Source: a virus (Duplodnaviria > Caudoviricetes). Taken from it: a stretch of 57,671 bases of DNA. The translations under genes were made by a program, and so were the position numbers. Each line of letters opens with the position of its first letter. The stretch's first letter is position 1. Shown here in pieces: positions 44,191-54,962 of this stretch. Under the pieces are notes generated by a model. It was given only the letters and a program-made list of their open reading frames with translations, was not told the DNA's origin and ran no database searches. The stretch is from the IMG/VR virus record IMGVR_UViG_3300037198_000035, positions 1 to 57,671 of that record, one strand, 5' to 3'.

Positions 44191-45213
44191 ATGCTAACGC
44201 TCGGACAGATTAAAAGCGGGCCATGCGGGAACATTGCCAGCGTGAACGTGCAAGACCCGCAGTTCACCGCCTATGTCAACGAGGCTGTCCAGATTTTGAT
44301 GGATTTGGGAAGCTGGTGGGCGACGGTGGTTTCGATGCGGGGAATTGTCATGGGCGGTTGCATGACGTGGCCTCACAAGATTGAAGCAGTGCTCGCCATG
44401 AACCTGAATCATCGGGCGGAAAAGCTGGCGAACCTCTGGTATTCGTATATCCCGGTCAATGACAACTTCGCCGGAATGATTGCAAATCCAGGCTTCTACC
44501 GCAGTTGGGGGCCGGGGGGTTGCCATCACAACGCCGTTGAGTTTTCCGGTACACAGCCGATGTTCGCCGGGCCGACGCCAAGCAACCCGTTTCAAATTCA
44601 AGTCACCGCCGACAACCCCGCTGATTATGGAAAGCACGTCACAATTTATGGACTGGACACAAACGGGCATGAAGTTTTCTCCAACCAATTTGACGGCACT
44701 CAAAACGCCATCATCCCGCAACGGGGCGTTCAACTGACTTTGGCCGCTGCTTCAACATTCACGACACAGGTATTTGCCGTTGTGACTGCCGTTACAAAAG
44801 ACATCACGGCGGGCGATGTTCGGGCATGGAAATATAGTCCCACCGGAATCATGGGAAACCTGACGGCGGCATGGCGCGGGTCGCAGACCTCGCCGGAATT
44901 CCTTTTCAGCCGAATTGCCGGGGCGGAACATCACCGCATTTATTTCATGGATGCGCTGGTCAAGTTGGCCTTCGAGCCAGTGACTCAGGATTCGGACATT
45001 CTTACTTTGGGAAACGAGGCGGCGATCAAAATGATGATTCAGTCTATCCGCGCAAGGGAAGCGGGAGATGATGACGCTGGCGACAAGAAAGAATCGCTCG
45101 CCATCCGGCGGCTCAACATGGAGATGAGCAGCCGATTTCCTGATGAACAATTTGTAGTCGAAAACGAAACTTTTTCCGGGGTGAACATGAGCCGGAGAAC
45201 CAGAATCTTTTAA
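44191..45213 (+). CDS. putative head-tail adaptor / tail tubular protein A
   Basis: YVNEAVQILM...W N-terminus, helical C-terminus, position between nozzle and ejection genes. Confidence 0.55.
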   Translation: MLTLGQIKSGPCGNIASVNVQDPQFTAYVNEAVQILMDLGSWWATVVSMRGIVMGGCMTWPHKIEAVLAMNLNHRAEKLANLWYSYIPVNDNFAGMIANPGFYRSWGPGGCHHNAVEFSGTQPMFAGPTPSNPFQIQVTADNPADYGKHVTIYGLDTNGHEVFSNQFDGTQNAIIPQRGVQLTLAAASTFTTQVFAVVTAVTKDITAGDVRAWKYSPTGIMGNLTAAWRGSQTSPEFLFSRIAGAEHHRIYFMDALVKLAFEPVTQDSDILTLGNEAAIKMMIQSIRAREAGDDDAGDKKESLAIRRLNMEMSSRFPDEQFVVENETFSGVNMSRRTRIF

Positions 45214-45216
45214 TCT

Positions 45217-45894
45217 ATGACAAATTACAATATCGCCCCTACGCCAACGGCGGGGAATGGAGCCTTCGGTTTAGTTCCAGGAGCCACCCAAACCCCACCG
45301 TCTCTCTGGGAGCAACTCAACCAGAACGTGCCCAACTACGGCGCGATGACAACCAGCGCGACCGGCGACATTTCAGGCATGTTGAATGGCCAGTTATCGT
45401 CGTCCACGATGAACAACATCGGGAATTATGCGGCTTCACGCGGCGTTGCGCTTGGCCAGCCAAACAGTCCAATGTCCAATGAGATTGGCATGGGATTGAC
45501 CGGAACGACCACCGAAGGATTGCAGCAACAGGGATTGACTGATTACAACACGCTCACCGGCACGGCGGGAGGATTACAGCAAAACCCCGCGCTGATGAGT
45601 GAGATTTCTCAGTCCAACGCGGTTCTCGGCTCGGCCCCAAGTCCATCGGATGCGGCGTCCTACGCGAAAAGTTTGTATGACCAATATCTGAAAAATGCGA
45701 ATCCGAGTTCATGGAGCCTAAATCCCGCAGGAGGCACGGGCGCTCGCGGCGGAGGAACGGCATCATTGTCCAATCCATTTCAGGTTCAAAGTAGTTACCA
45801 AGGCATTCCCGGTCAGGCGGGTTCAAACCCGTATCAGGTCTATTCAACTGGCGGTTACGGGAATGATAATGTTGATATGTCGGGATTCTATTAA
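45217..45894 (+). CDS. putative ejection (DNA pilot) protein
   Basis: Gly/Ser/Asn/Gln-rich, 225 aa; first of three genes of increasing size. Confidence 0.55.
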   Translation: MTNYNIAPTPTAGNGAFGLVPGATQTPPSLWEQLNQNVPNYGAMTTSATGDISGMLNGQLSSSTMNNIGNYAASRGVALGQPNSPMSNEIGMGLTGTTTEGLQQQGLTDYNTLTGTAGGLQQNPALMSEISQSNAVLGSAPSPSDAASYAKSLYDQYLKNANPSSWSLNPAGGTGARGGGTASLSNPFQVQSSYQGIPGQAGSNPYQVYSTGGYGNDNVDMSGFY

Positions 45895-45899
45895 AATTT

Positions 45900-46811
45900 A
45901 TGCAACTTCCGCCGTGGCTCCAAATCAATCCGATGGATTACCTGCAAGCGGCAGAGGCGGGCACTCGCGCCGGGATTTCGCTGCGCCAAACCGCCGACAG
46001 CGAGAGAGAGCGGCAGGCACGACAAAATTTTGCTGAGGAAGAATTTGCGGCACAGGAAAAAGACCACCAAGATGCTGTGCGGCGTCAAGCTCAGGAATTC
46101 TCGGCGGGACAGGGATTGCAGCGCGACAAGTTGATGGCCGATGTTTTGCAGGCAAGACAGAGGCGCGGCGAGGCCATAGCCTTGAATCAGGCCAAGATGG
46201 AGCAAGCCGCCACGCTCGCCGCCAACAGGAACGATTTAACGGAGCAACGCAACACCGACTTGGCAGCATTCCAAAGGGGGCAACTTGACAGCAAGAGCGA
46301 CCTTCTGGACTTGAAACAGAAAATTGCCGAACTGAACGCTTCCGGCAAAACACCTTTCCACGAACAGGAAAAGTTGAAATACCTTTACACCCAACTTCTT
46401 GCCGCGAACACGGCGTTGCCAGTGGAAAAAGACCTCGACAAAAAAGGTGCGCTGGTCGGCACCATCAACGCCCTGAAAAGGCAGATTGCAGCACTCGCCC
46501 CGCCCGCTCCCGCCGCAACCAGCTTGCAGCAGACCGGAGCACCTGCATTGCCGGATGTTCCTGCCGCCGGGCCATCGCCTAATTTTCCACAGAATCCTTT
46601 GGCAGATTCTAAATTGCCAAGCGGGAATTATTCCGCGCCTGAGTTTCAATCCAAGGCGGCTTCATCGCTGCAATCTGCCGCGCCAACATCCAAACCGTCA
46701 AAGGCTGCGATTGATTATCTCAACTCCAATCTCAACGACCCCGCAGTTCAAAAACAGTTTGTCGCTAAATACGGCCAAGCCGCATTTAATGAAGCAATCG
46801 GCATACAATAA
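45900..46811 (+). CDS. putative ejection protein
   Basis: Gln/Ala-rich coiled coil; terminal AIDYL...QFVAKYG. Confidence 0.55.
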   Translation: MQLPPWLQINPMDYLQAAEAGTRAGISLRQTADSERERQARQNFAEEEFAAQEKDHQDAVRRQAQEFSAGQGLQRDKLMADVLQARQRRGEAIALNQAKMEQAATLAANRNDLTEQRNTDLAAFQRGQLDSKSDLLDLKQKIAELNASGKTPFHEQEKLKYLYTQLLAANTALPVEKDLDKKGALVGTINALKRQIAALAPPAPAATSLQQTGAPALPDVPAAGPSPNFPQNPLADSKLPSGNYSAPEFQSKAASSLQSAAPTSKPSKAAIDYLNSNLNDPAVQKQFVAKYGQAAFNEAIGIQ

Positions 46812-46817
46812 AATGCT

Positions 46818-49800
46818 ATGGCTCAAAATGTTTTTGACCAGTTTGACTCGCCTCAAACGTCGAACGTATTCGACCAATTTGACGATTCGACAAAGACAGC
46901 CACAAGTCCATCCACGCCTGCAACGCCTGCATCACAATCATTAGACAGTCGGCCAAAGTTGAGCCAGTGGAATCCGACCATTGGCGACCGTCTTAAAATG
47001 GCGTGGAAAGATTTAGAACAAAGTAACCCGATTCAGACAGCCGAGAAGATTCCGGGACTGGCAAAAAAACTCGTATCCGACATTCCAAAAGTTGCAACGC
47101 TTTCTCCGGGCGACTTGTTGCCAGATCAAACAACATTTTTAGGCGGGGTGAACAAAGAACTTCTCAGTCAGGTAAATCTCGAAAATGTGGCCATGCTGAC
47201 GGGAGTTGGTGAAATCTGGAAAGCCGCCAATCTCGCAAAGGACACCCCTAAGATTGCCGCGCTTACAAAAGCACTGGTTGGAGCTTACTTCACCACGCAG
47301 GGAGCAGCAGGCGCGGCAACGCTTGCGGGACAAAGGGCAGGAACGCCGGATATGACCGCTGGCGAAAAGGGAAGGAACATTGTTGGTATTGGAATTAACA
47401 GTTTGATGGCTTTTGCGCCTGCCGGGGAAGCCATTTTATCAGGCAAGGTAAAACCGTTCACTGAGCCGCCAGTTTCGGGCAAGGTGTTAGAAAAGATGAA
47501 GCCGAAAGGCGCGCTGCCGCCCGAAGCCGAGCCAGTTGCACCCATTCCAGAGCCAATAACCCCGCCAGCGAAGCCACAGGCTCAATATGACGTAACTGGC
47601 GTGCCTTATGGACATCGTGCGGGAGTCATTGAGGGGTTAAAGCTAAAGCCAGAAGAAGCACCAGCCTTGTTGAAATTAGGAGAGGACACGTTTGCAGAAG
47701 CAAATAAGGCATTGGAAGATGGTGATGAAAAAACCTACATGGATTTGGCGAATAAGAGCATTACCCTGAGAGGCATGGCAGAGGGCGCTGCCAGAAAGGG
47801 GCCAAATTACGATACTTACATGGCCGAAAAACCTGTTCCCAAACCCACTCCGGTCGCTGAATCGGTCGCTACTCCGCAGCAGGAAGAATCACACCCATCT
47901 GGCGCGAAATTCACAACGCGTACAACAAAATCTGGACGAACGGCTAAAGTTTGGACTCAAACCGCATCTGGCCGGCGTGTGGGCGATGTCTATGACGAAG
48001 GAAACATTGAAACCATTCCCGTTCCATCCACCGGGGAAACAACTCAACCACCCGAATACACTGTCACGACTTACGGCGAAATTTTAGACGGCCCAAAAAA
48101 CGAAGTATCGCTTCACAAACGCGACATGACGCCGGAAGAAATTTCGTCAAAGCAGGAAAAAATGCGGCGCGATAACGAAACGAGAAAGGAAATGGGATTG
48201 CCAGAAGAACCAATTCCGACCCCGGCAGCCAAACCGCCAGTGCCGGAGCAAGCTTTGGCTGCTGCTCCGGCGCAGGAGGGGGTGAAAGAGCCGTGGCAGA
48301 TAAAGCAATCTGATTTTATTGATTCTAACATCAATAAAAAGGATTTGCGTGACAAGAGAAAGGTTCAACTTGTCCAATCCCAAACATCTGCCCTGCGAAT
48401 ACGGCATAGGCAGGAAGTGGAATCGGCATTGTCAGAAGGCAAGTCCGTTCCTCCCGAAGTGCTGGCCGATTATCCTGACCTTGTTCCTGCCGAGCATCCC
48501 ATCATTGGCGAGTTGAAGCAGATCGAGGCGATGAAACAGAAGCTCAAGGCGCAGTCCATGATTTACCAGCATGACGCCAAGGTGGATTACGCCGAATTGC
48601 TTGGAATCCCCGCCGACAAATTACTCCACATGTCCTACGAAAAGTGGGATGCGTTGCAACGCGATGTCGAGCCGTTCAAGGATGAAGCCTCTGCCATTTA
48701 CAAGGGCGACAACAAGACAACGATGGGAAAGGTTTGGGCTGACTACGCCAAGGCAAATCCCAAAAAGATTCAGGCGATTCTTGAGAAGCACGACCTGAAA
48801 CCAGTCGTTGCAAAACCTGCACAGGTTGAGACAGCGAAGGCAGAGACGACGGGTGCAAAGGGTGGAGTAACTTCTGATACCGTTAGCGTAGCGGCAACGG
48901 CGGCAACGCAAGCGACAGAGGCGTGGGGGAAACACGTCACTGAGGTTGTTGACCCGCTGAAAGAAAAGATTCGCAAGATTCAGTCCGAGGTTTTTGAAAT
49001 GACCACGGACGCCAATCGCGCAAAGCCCGAAACAAAGGGAAAGAACAAACTGACCATCAAGGCGTTGCTGGTTAAATACGGCGTTGCCACCAAGGATGAG
49101 TTAAACGCGATATACAAATCCAAAAACGCAGAATGGGCGGATTTAGAAAAGCAACTTGAGGCGGCTGAATCCACACGCAGGGAACTCGCTGCTGCAAAAG
49201 ACAAGCGCGGTCAAGAATGGAGTCGTGCAGTGACGCGATTTAAAGAATCACAGCCCACGCCAAATCCCCCAGACCTATCCGGCCCCGGAAGCCCATCAGT
49301 TAGGCAAGGGCCGGATACTGGCGGTGGTTGGGCGGAAGGCGATGGCGGTGACGTTTACGGCATCGCGCAGCGCGTTCGTGAGGCTCGCGCAAAGGCTGGA
49401 CAGGTTGCTCCCGTGGCATCCGGTCAGGGCGTCAGCGCGGAAGCTGCCGTTGACTGGGGACGTGAGATTTTGAAAAACGGTGGCGATGCTGAAAAGGCAT
49501 TGCGCCAGTTTGAGTCTGACAAGAAAACTTCATTCGACCTGATTGCCGTTGCCCGTGCTAAGGGTGAAGAACTGGCCAAAGCCGCCCGCAACATCGAGGA
49601 AAAGTTTGGGACGGATTCAAAGGAATTCCGAATGGCTCAAAAAGCCCTGTCCGATTGGGACACGCGCACAAAGTCCATCCAAACGGAATGGCACAAGCAG
49701 GGCATGGCGCAACAGGGCGAAACCGATTTGGACACAGGCTCATTTACCGGAATAAGCCGCGCTTTCCATGATGTAACCGGAGAGGATTTGCCGAAGTATC

Positions 49801-51962
49801 TTGAGCCAAAGGCCAAGGGAATCGCCAAGGGAGTGTCGGATGCGGACAAGGCTGTTGAACCAGCCAAAGTTAGCCTGCAAGCCGCTATTGACAACCTGAC
49901 GGAAACGGGCAAGCCGCGATACAGCGACACCATCATCAAGATTGCTGAAAAGATTGTTTCCAGCCTCGACAGACGGGCGGATGCTGCCCGCGCCAGAATC
50001 CGCGCAAGGGCGTTCACTTTTGGGGCGGGCATTGACCCGACTGTTTTGCGCGACGTGGCCGAAATTGGGGCATCTCACATTGCCCACTGGGGACTCGACT
50101 TCGCCAAGTGGTCAAAGGTGATGGTGGATGAGTTTGGGGACAAGATTAACCCACACTTGAAAACCATTTTCGATGCGTCTCAAAAGCTGGTGGACGCCGA
50201 GGGCGACAAGCACGGGACAAATGCTGAAACAGTGAAGAAAGCCGTCAAGAAAACTGGTGGCTCAAAAGTCCCGACTGATTTGGTTGAACAGCAGAAAGTT
50301 TTCCAAGATTATCAGTCTGGAAAACCGATGACGCCAATTCAGGTCAAGACTCTGTGGCAGCGCGCCAAGGATGAATATATTAACAGGGGCGACACCAACA
50401 TGGGTGACACGGTTCATAAACTCGCAGATGATTTAGGCATACCTGCCAAGGATGTTTTGAGCGGTTTGTCGCAAACCAAGCAGGTCAAGCGGATTGCCGA
50501 TGACGTGTGGCAGAAGCAGCGCCAAGCGCGAATGCTCAAACAGTCCGCAAAACGATGGGTTGAAAATTCACAGCAAACTTGGCTGCAAAAAGCGTTACCC
50601 GCAACGGCTAAGACGATGTTTTCAATGAAGGTCGGATTGCACGGCACGGTTGCGATGGGAACTCACGCGCCCCTGGTCGCCGCCACACACCCAATCGTGT
50701 TCGGGGAGAACTTTGGCAAGATGTATAAACTAGTTGCCAGCCCGGAGTATTTTGAGATGGAGAAATCCGCGCTTGCTCGCCGTCCAAATTACACCATTGC
50801 ACAGCGTAATGGTTTGGTGAATGACATGAACAAGATGGAGGATTTCAATGACCCGCAGCTTGCTCAAGGGTTTCCCAAAATGGCGGCATGGTTCAAAGCG
50901 CAGTTGGATAAGGCGCATCTTGGACGACTTCAAGGCATGGGCACACGCGGTTATTCCGTCCTGAAAATCCTTCGCCAAGACCTATTCGATCACGAATGGG
51001 ACAAACTGCCTGAATCAATGCAGAATGATGGCATGGCCAAGGCCATCGCTGATTCTGTGAATCACATGACGGGCGTTACCAAGGCCGGAGCCGGACAACT
51101 TGGTAAAGCTGCCAGTTATGCCCTGTTCGCTCCTAAACTGGAAGCGTCCCGCGTGGCCGTGATGGTTTCTGACCCACTCCGCGCCGCAAATAGTCTTGTC
51201 AAGATGGGCGACATGACTCCCGCTGAGAAATGGTTTGTCAAAAACCAGTTCAAGGAAAAGGCCAAAGTCGCCGCCGTTGGATTTGGCCTGTTGCTGGCCA
51301 ATCAGCAGTTGAACAATCTGTTTGGGGACGACAAGAAACTCAACGGAGTTCCCGCATTTCTTGGTGGCGGCGGGTGGAATCCGATGGCGTCCGACTTTAT
51401 GAAATTCCGCGTTGCCGGGATGAACATCGCCTGGGGAAGTCCGTTCCTGACAATGGCACGTTTGCCGTTGAGACTCTACCAAATCGGCGCGGGGAGCGGC
51501 GGTAAAACCAAGTATCTGATTTACCCGGATGAATCCATGTATAAAACAGCAGGCTCGTATCTGCGAACTCAAGCCAGTCCGTTTTTAAGCCCGATTATTT
51601 CCGTCATCACAAAGGGCGATTATGCCGATAGGCCGCTGCCTCAAATCCCCGGCTACGGTGAACCGCCGCCAGTTCCAAAGCGTCTCGCCGCGCAAGGCGT
51701 CAAGCCTTACACTTGGCCGGAGTTTCTGTCTGACATCGTTCTCCCAATTCCCGTTGAGCAGGCCATGAATGACATCTGGCACAGCCATGAGCTATCCACG
51801 ACATCAGAGCAAGACCACGCTTTGACAAAGGCGTTTGTTACCGGAATCATAATGGCCGGAACAGGCGGCAGGGTGTCCGATGACTGGAACAAGGGCGAAA
51901 CAGCCGCTCCGACAACTCGCCCGCCCGCCAACCCCTTCAAAATTCAAAAGCCCCACCTGTAA
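46818..51962 (+). CDS. large ejection / internal virion protein (1,714 aa)
   Basis: N-terminal NVFDQFD repeats, Pro/Ala/Glu linkers, KEPWQ...HRQEVESALSEGKSVPPEVLADYPDL module, helical C-terminal region. Confidence 0.7.
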   Translation: MAQNVFDQFDSPQTSNVFDQFDDSTKTATSPSTPATPASQSLDSRPKLSQWNPTIGDRLKMAWKDLEQSNPIQTAEKIPGLAKKLVSDIPKVATLSPGDLLPDQTTFLGGVNKELLSQVNLENVAMLTGVGEIWKAANLAKDTPKIAALTKALVGAYFTTQGAAGAATLAGQRAGTPDMTAGEKGRNIVGIGINSLMAFAPAGEAILSGKVKPFTEPPVSGKVLEKMKPKGALPPEAEPVAPIPEPITPPAKPQAQYDVTGVPYGHRAGVIEGLKLKPEEAPALLKLGEDTFAEANKALEDGDEKTYMDLANKSITLRGMAEGAARKGPNYDTYMAEKPVPKPTPVAESVATPQQEESHPSGAKFTTRTTKSGRTAKVWTQTASGRRVGDVYDEGNIETIPVPSTGETTQPPEYTVTTYGEILDGPKNEVSLHKRDMTPEEISSKQEKMRRDNETRKEMGLPEEPIPTPAAKPPVPEQALAAAPAQEGVKEPWQIKQSDFIDSNINKKDLRDKRKVQLVQSQTSALRIRHRQEVESALSEGKSVPPEVLADYPDLVPAEHPIIGELKQIEAMKQKLKAQSMIYQHDAKVDYAELLGIPADKLLHMSYEKWDALQRDVEPFKDEASAIYKGDNKTTMGKVWADYAKANPKKIQAILEKHDLKPVVAKPAQVETAKAETTGAKGGVTSDTVSVAATAATQATEAWGKHVTEVVDPLKEKIRKIQSEVFEMTTDANRAKPETKGKNKLTIKALLVKYGVATKDELNAIYKSKNAEWADLEKQLEAAESTRRELAAAKDKRGQEWSRAVTRFKESQPTPNPPDLSGPGSPSVRQGPDTGGGWAEGDGGDVYGIAQRVREARAKAGQVAPVASGQGVSAEAAVDWGREILKNGGDAEKALRQFESDKKTSFDLIAVARAKGEELAKAARNIEEKFGTDSKEFRMAQKALSDWDTRTKSIQTEWHKQGMAQQGETDLDTGSFTGISRAFHDVTGEDLPKYLEPKAKGIAKGVSDADKAVEPAKVSLQAAIDNLTETGKPRYSDTIIKIAEKIVSSLDRRADAARARIRARAFTFGAGIDPTVLRDVAEIGASHIAHWGLDFAKWSKVMVDEFGDKINPHLKTIFDASQKLVDAEGDKHGTNAETVKKAVKKTGGSKVPTDLVEQQKVFQDYQSGKPMTPIQVKTLWQRAKDEYINRGDTNMGDTVHKLADDLGIPAKDVLSGLSQTKQVKRIADDVWQKQRQARMLKQSAKRWVENSQQTWLQKALPATAKTMFSMKVGLHGTVAMGTHAPLVAATHPIVFGENFGKMYKLVASPEYFEMEKSALARRPNYTIAQRNGLVNDMNKMEDFNDPQLAQGFPKMAAWFKAQLDKAHLGRLQGMGTRGYSVLKILRQDLFDHEWDKLPESMQNDGMAKAIADSVNHMTGVTKAGAGQLGKAASYALFAPKLEASRVAVMVSDPLRAANSLVKMGDMTPAEKWFVKNQFKEKAKVAAVGFGLLLANQQLNNLFGDDKKLNGVPAFLGGGGWNPMASDFMKFRVAGMNIAWGSPFLTMARLPLRLYQIGAGSGGKTKYLIYPDESMYKTAGSYLRTQASPFLSPIISVITKGDYADRPLPQIPGYGEPPPVPKRLAAQGVKPYTWPEFLSDIVLPIPVEQAMNDIWHSHELSTTSEQDHALTKAFVTGIIMAGTGGRVSDDWNKGETAAPTTRPPANPFKIQKPHL

Positions 51963-51991
51963 CAGTGGGGCGTGAAATGATTCGGTGATGG

Positions 51992-53179
51992 TTATTCCGG
52001 CGTAACCGCTTTCTTCAATCCGGTTCCCCAATCTTCTTCCGTGCCCGCGCCTTCCGCCCCGCCAGGTCGCTGGACTTTGCCGGGAGCCGCTCCCTTCAAC
52101 TCGTCAACTTGGGCCTGCAATGCGGCGATTTTCTCATTGGCGCGGGTCAACTGCATTTTAATCACCGGGAACGCCCCGACACGCTGCCGGACATGGGCAT
52201 CGCGGAGAATCTTCTTCTTGATAAATTCGGCGCGATCTTTCGCCTGAATCTGCGAGTCGAATATGGACAGGGCGTGTTTGCGGGCGTCATTCAACTCAGT
52301 GTCCTCCGGGTCGTTCTTGTAATCATCAACGGATTCGGAAAGGCGGGCGTTGGTTTCCTGCCATGTCTTGCCAACCGTTTCCCGTTCGGTGGCTTGAGTG
52401 GCGATTTCAGTGTCGGTCTTTTCCTTCCACTTCGCCCGTTCCTCTGCCAGCGCAGATTTGCGTTTGTCGTCAAGGTTGTTCAGTTCGTTGAAATAGCGCA
52501 GAGCAAGACCGGCCCCGGCTTCACCGAACAATTCTTTTGCCGCCGTCTGGGCACTCGCTTCGTCCATTGCATACAGCTTTTGAAAGTCGCTCCACGCCCC
52601 CTTGCGGGTCGTTCCGTCCTCGTTGGTGATTACAATGTTTGGAATGACGGTTTGCGCCTTTTCTGCCATGCGATTGAAAGGCTCGTCGTAATTCTTTTTG
52701 TATTCCGGGCTTTCCTGAAAGTTTGCCGCCCGGAGTTTACCGGCCAATTCATCTTTCTCTTTTTCAAGAGCGGTCAGGCGGGCAGTCAGGGCACTTGTGT
52801 CCTTGCCCTGTGACTCGAAGGATTTGATTTTGGCTTCCAGTTCCTTGACCTTGCTGCCTGATGACATGGATTCAGTCCGCAACTGTTTGACTCGCTCGCG
52901 AAGCTCCTTTGGCGCGAGCTTGTCAATCTCATCTGGCGCGGCAGGAGCGGCGGCGGCGGGCTTTGCCGGGGCTGTGGCAGGTGCTGGCTTCTTCGGCGGC
53001 TCAAACGGGTCATCGGATGCCAATTCTGTCGCTGGCGCAGCGGCGGGCGGCGCTGTGTGGGCAGCGGGCGCGGCAGTGGCCGGGGCTGGACTTGGTGTGG
53101 CGGCTGGTTTGACCGGCGCGGGAGCGGGTGTTCCGCCGCCGCCGACAGGCAATGGGTCGAGTAATAGGCGTCTTAGCAT
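51992..53179 (-). CDS. putative capsid scaffolding protein
   Basis: Pro/Ala-rich N-terminus after LLLDP..GGGG, long charged coiled coil, short C-terminal helix. Confidence 0.65.
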   Translation of the reverse strand: MLRRLLLDPLPVGGGGTPAPAPVKPAATPSPAPATAAPAAHTAPPAAAPATELASDDPFEPPKKPAPATAPAKPAAAAPAAPDEIDKLAPKELRERVKQLRTESMSSGSKVKELEAKIKSFESQGKDTSALTARLTALEKEKDELAGKLRAANFQESPEYKKNYDEPFNRMAEKAQTVIPNIVITNEDGTTRKGAWSDFQKLYAMDEASAQTAAKELFGEAGAGLALRYFNELNNLDDKRKSALAEERAKWKEKTDTEIATQATERETVGKTWQETNARLSESVDDYKNDPEDTELNDARKHALSIFDSQIQAKDRAEFIKKKILRDAHVRQRVGAFPVIKMQLTRANEKIAALQAQVDELKGAAPGKVQRPGGAEGAGTEEDWGTGLKKAVTPE

Positions 53180-53182
53180 GGA

Positions 53183-53461
53183 TTATTTCCCTTTCTTGGA
53201 TTCTGTGGTTTTGCGTTTGGTGTCGAGATTGTGTTGCAGTCCGGGCTGCGGGAAATCAACGGCGGGAGCGTCTTGATTTGAGAGCGTCAGAAGGATGTCT
53301 TTGAATCTCAAGACGCCTTCTCGCTGTTCCGCCGATGGAAACGCCTCAAATGCTACGTTGCTGGCGTAAAGCATAACGGTGTCGAACTTCGGGTCGTTGG
53401 CGAAAGACGACCACCATTCGGCAAGTTCTTTGTGGGAGATGAATTGTTCTTTTGCGTTCAT
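53183..53461 (-). CDS. hypothetical protein upstream of the scaffold
   Basis: 92 aa, helical. Confidence 0.65.
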   Translation of the reverse strand: MNAKEQFISHKELAEWWSSFANDPKFDTVMLYASNVAFEAFPSAEQREGVLRFKDILLTLSNQDAPAVDFPQPGLQHNLDTKRKTTESKKGK

Positions 53462-53465
53462 GGTT

Positions 53466-54215
53466 TTAAGGTATCACCCTTTCCAAGTGATTTTTAATGA
53501 AATTTCTCTTTTCTTGGACGTGAATTTTCCCCGACCACTGGCAACCCCAACGATTCTTAATGTTGGCTTCACACATTCTGGCTGTGTGGTCGTCATACCG
53601 CTCCGCAATCTGTTCAGCAGGCCCAATCTGGTGATAATGCAACAGGCAACATAGCGGGTATGAGTATTGGTTCAGATTCTCGGGTGCGGCATTTCCAACC
53701 ACCTTAATTTCGTCCAGAGAGTGTGCGCCAGTGGAAAACCGGATGCGCTCGATTCTGCCGGGGGCAAATAAAACAGGCTTGGAGTAGTCGTCCAACTTGG
53801 CACCAAACTTTGCTTCATCGTAAATCTGACCCTTTGGATTTGGCCAAGTATCGTGCAGCATCTCGAATCCGTGAGGACGCGCAACGGCAAGGCTTTGCCT
53901 ATCGTATGAGTCCAGTGTGTTCATCCATCCTTTCGGAAAGTAAATAATCTCGTCGGCGTCCAAGACCATCACCCAGTCAGCATCAATCCCTAACCAGCAC
54001 TCGTTTTTAATGCGCGTGTTAAGATTGTCATCGAACTTCCCGCCAGTGTCCCAATTACGAATTGTGGCTCCGAACGATTTGGCGATTTCCAGAGTGCCGT
54101 CAGTGCTGCCCATGTCGTGAACAAATATCCTTTCGCAAAATGTTGCGTAATGGCGCAGGGAGTAGGGCAGAATGTGCTGCTCGTTGCGGGTAAGAAGGTG
54201 ACAGTGAATTTTCAT
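53466..54215 (-). CDS. GT2-family glycosyltransferase
   Basis: TRNEQHIL, DMGSTDGT, DWVMVLDADE, LLHY. Confidence 0.88.
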   Translation of the reverse strand: MKIHCHLLTRNEQHILPYSLRHYATFCERIFVHDMGSTDGTLEIAKSFGATIRNWDTGGKFDDNLNTRIKNECWLGIDADWVMVLDADEIIYFPKGWMNTLDSYDRQSLAVARPHGFEMLHDTWPNPKGQIYDEAKFGAKLDDYSKPVLFAPGRIERIRFSTGAHSLDEIKVVGNAAPENLNQYSYPLCCLLHYHQIGPAEQIAERYDDHTARMCEANIKNRWGCQWSGKIHVQEKRNFIKNHLERVIP

Positions 54216-54961
54216 TTTCGTATCCATAGCGCATGGGGGTTTCCTTCTACGGCAAGAATTTCTTCTTTAACCAAAGTGAAATGTTTTTCGATTGCCGGTC
54301 TGAATGATGGTAGGCTTCCGTTGAACCATGCCTTGTATGCCGATTCGGAATTGCCGTGTGAAACGGTGAAAAGATAGGGAATCTTCAATTCTACAATCGC
54401 ATCAATCCATTCCTCAATTTGCGGCAGCATACACTCATTCCATGAATGAGTGTTAATAGCTAAATCAAACTCTGCCGGACTATTTACAAACTCATCAATG
54501 CTCAAAACCTTCACAGCGGGGGAGAACTTGTTGGTATAAAAACGACAGATATTTTCAGAGATTGGAACCGGGTCAATACAGGTAAAAGATTTAACAAGCG
54601 GGGAGAGCATGACCGCCAACCGGCCATAGCCAGACCCAATATCCAGAACTCTCATACCCTGTAGTCCGGGCAGGTTTCTTCTGATAAAATCTATCTCAAC
54701 ATTTCCATCCAGCCACATCCTAGTAACTCCGCCCAACTCAGTTTCCACAACTCTAGCCCCAAACTCGGAGTCTCTGATCTTTCCTTCAATGTCAATCGGC
54801 CCCAATTCGGCAACTGCTTTTGCAACCTCTCTGAATTTTTCTTCGGGGTAACTGTCTTGGGAAACATAAATTGGACTCTTGGCGAAATTAGGCATTGCAC
54901 TTTTGACGTTTTCCTGCCAGTTAGTCCACATTCCTAATCCTTTAAGTTTTGTAGCATTCAT
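54212..54961 (-). CDS. class I SAM methyltransferase (putative sugar O-methyltransferase)
   Basis: VLDIGSGYGRLA, FDLAINTHSWNEC. Confidence 0.82.
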   Translation of the reverse strand: MNATKLKGLGMWTNWQENVKSAMPNFAKSPIYVSQDSYPEEKFREVAKAVAELGPIDIEGKIRDSEFGARVVETELGGVTRMWLDGNVEIDFIRRNLPGLQGMRVLDIGSGYGRLAVMLSPLVKSFTCIDPVPISENICRFYTNKFSPAVKVLSIDEFVNSPAEFDLAINTHSWNECMLPQIEEWIDAIVELKIPYLFTVSHGNSESAYKAWFNGSLPSFRPAIEKHFTLVKEEILAVEGNPHALWIRK

Positions 54962-54962
54962 G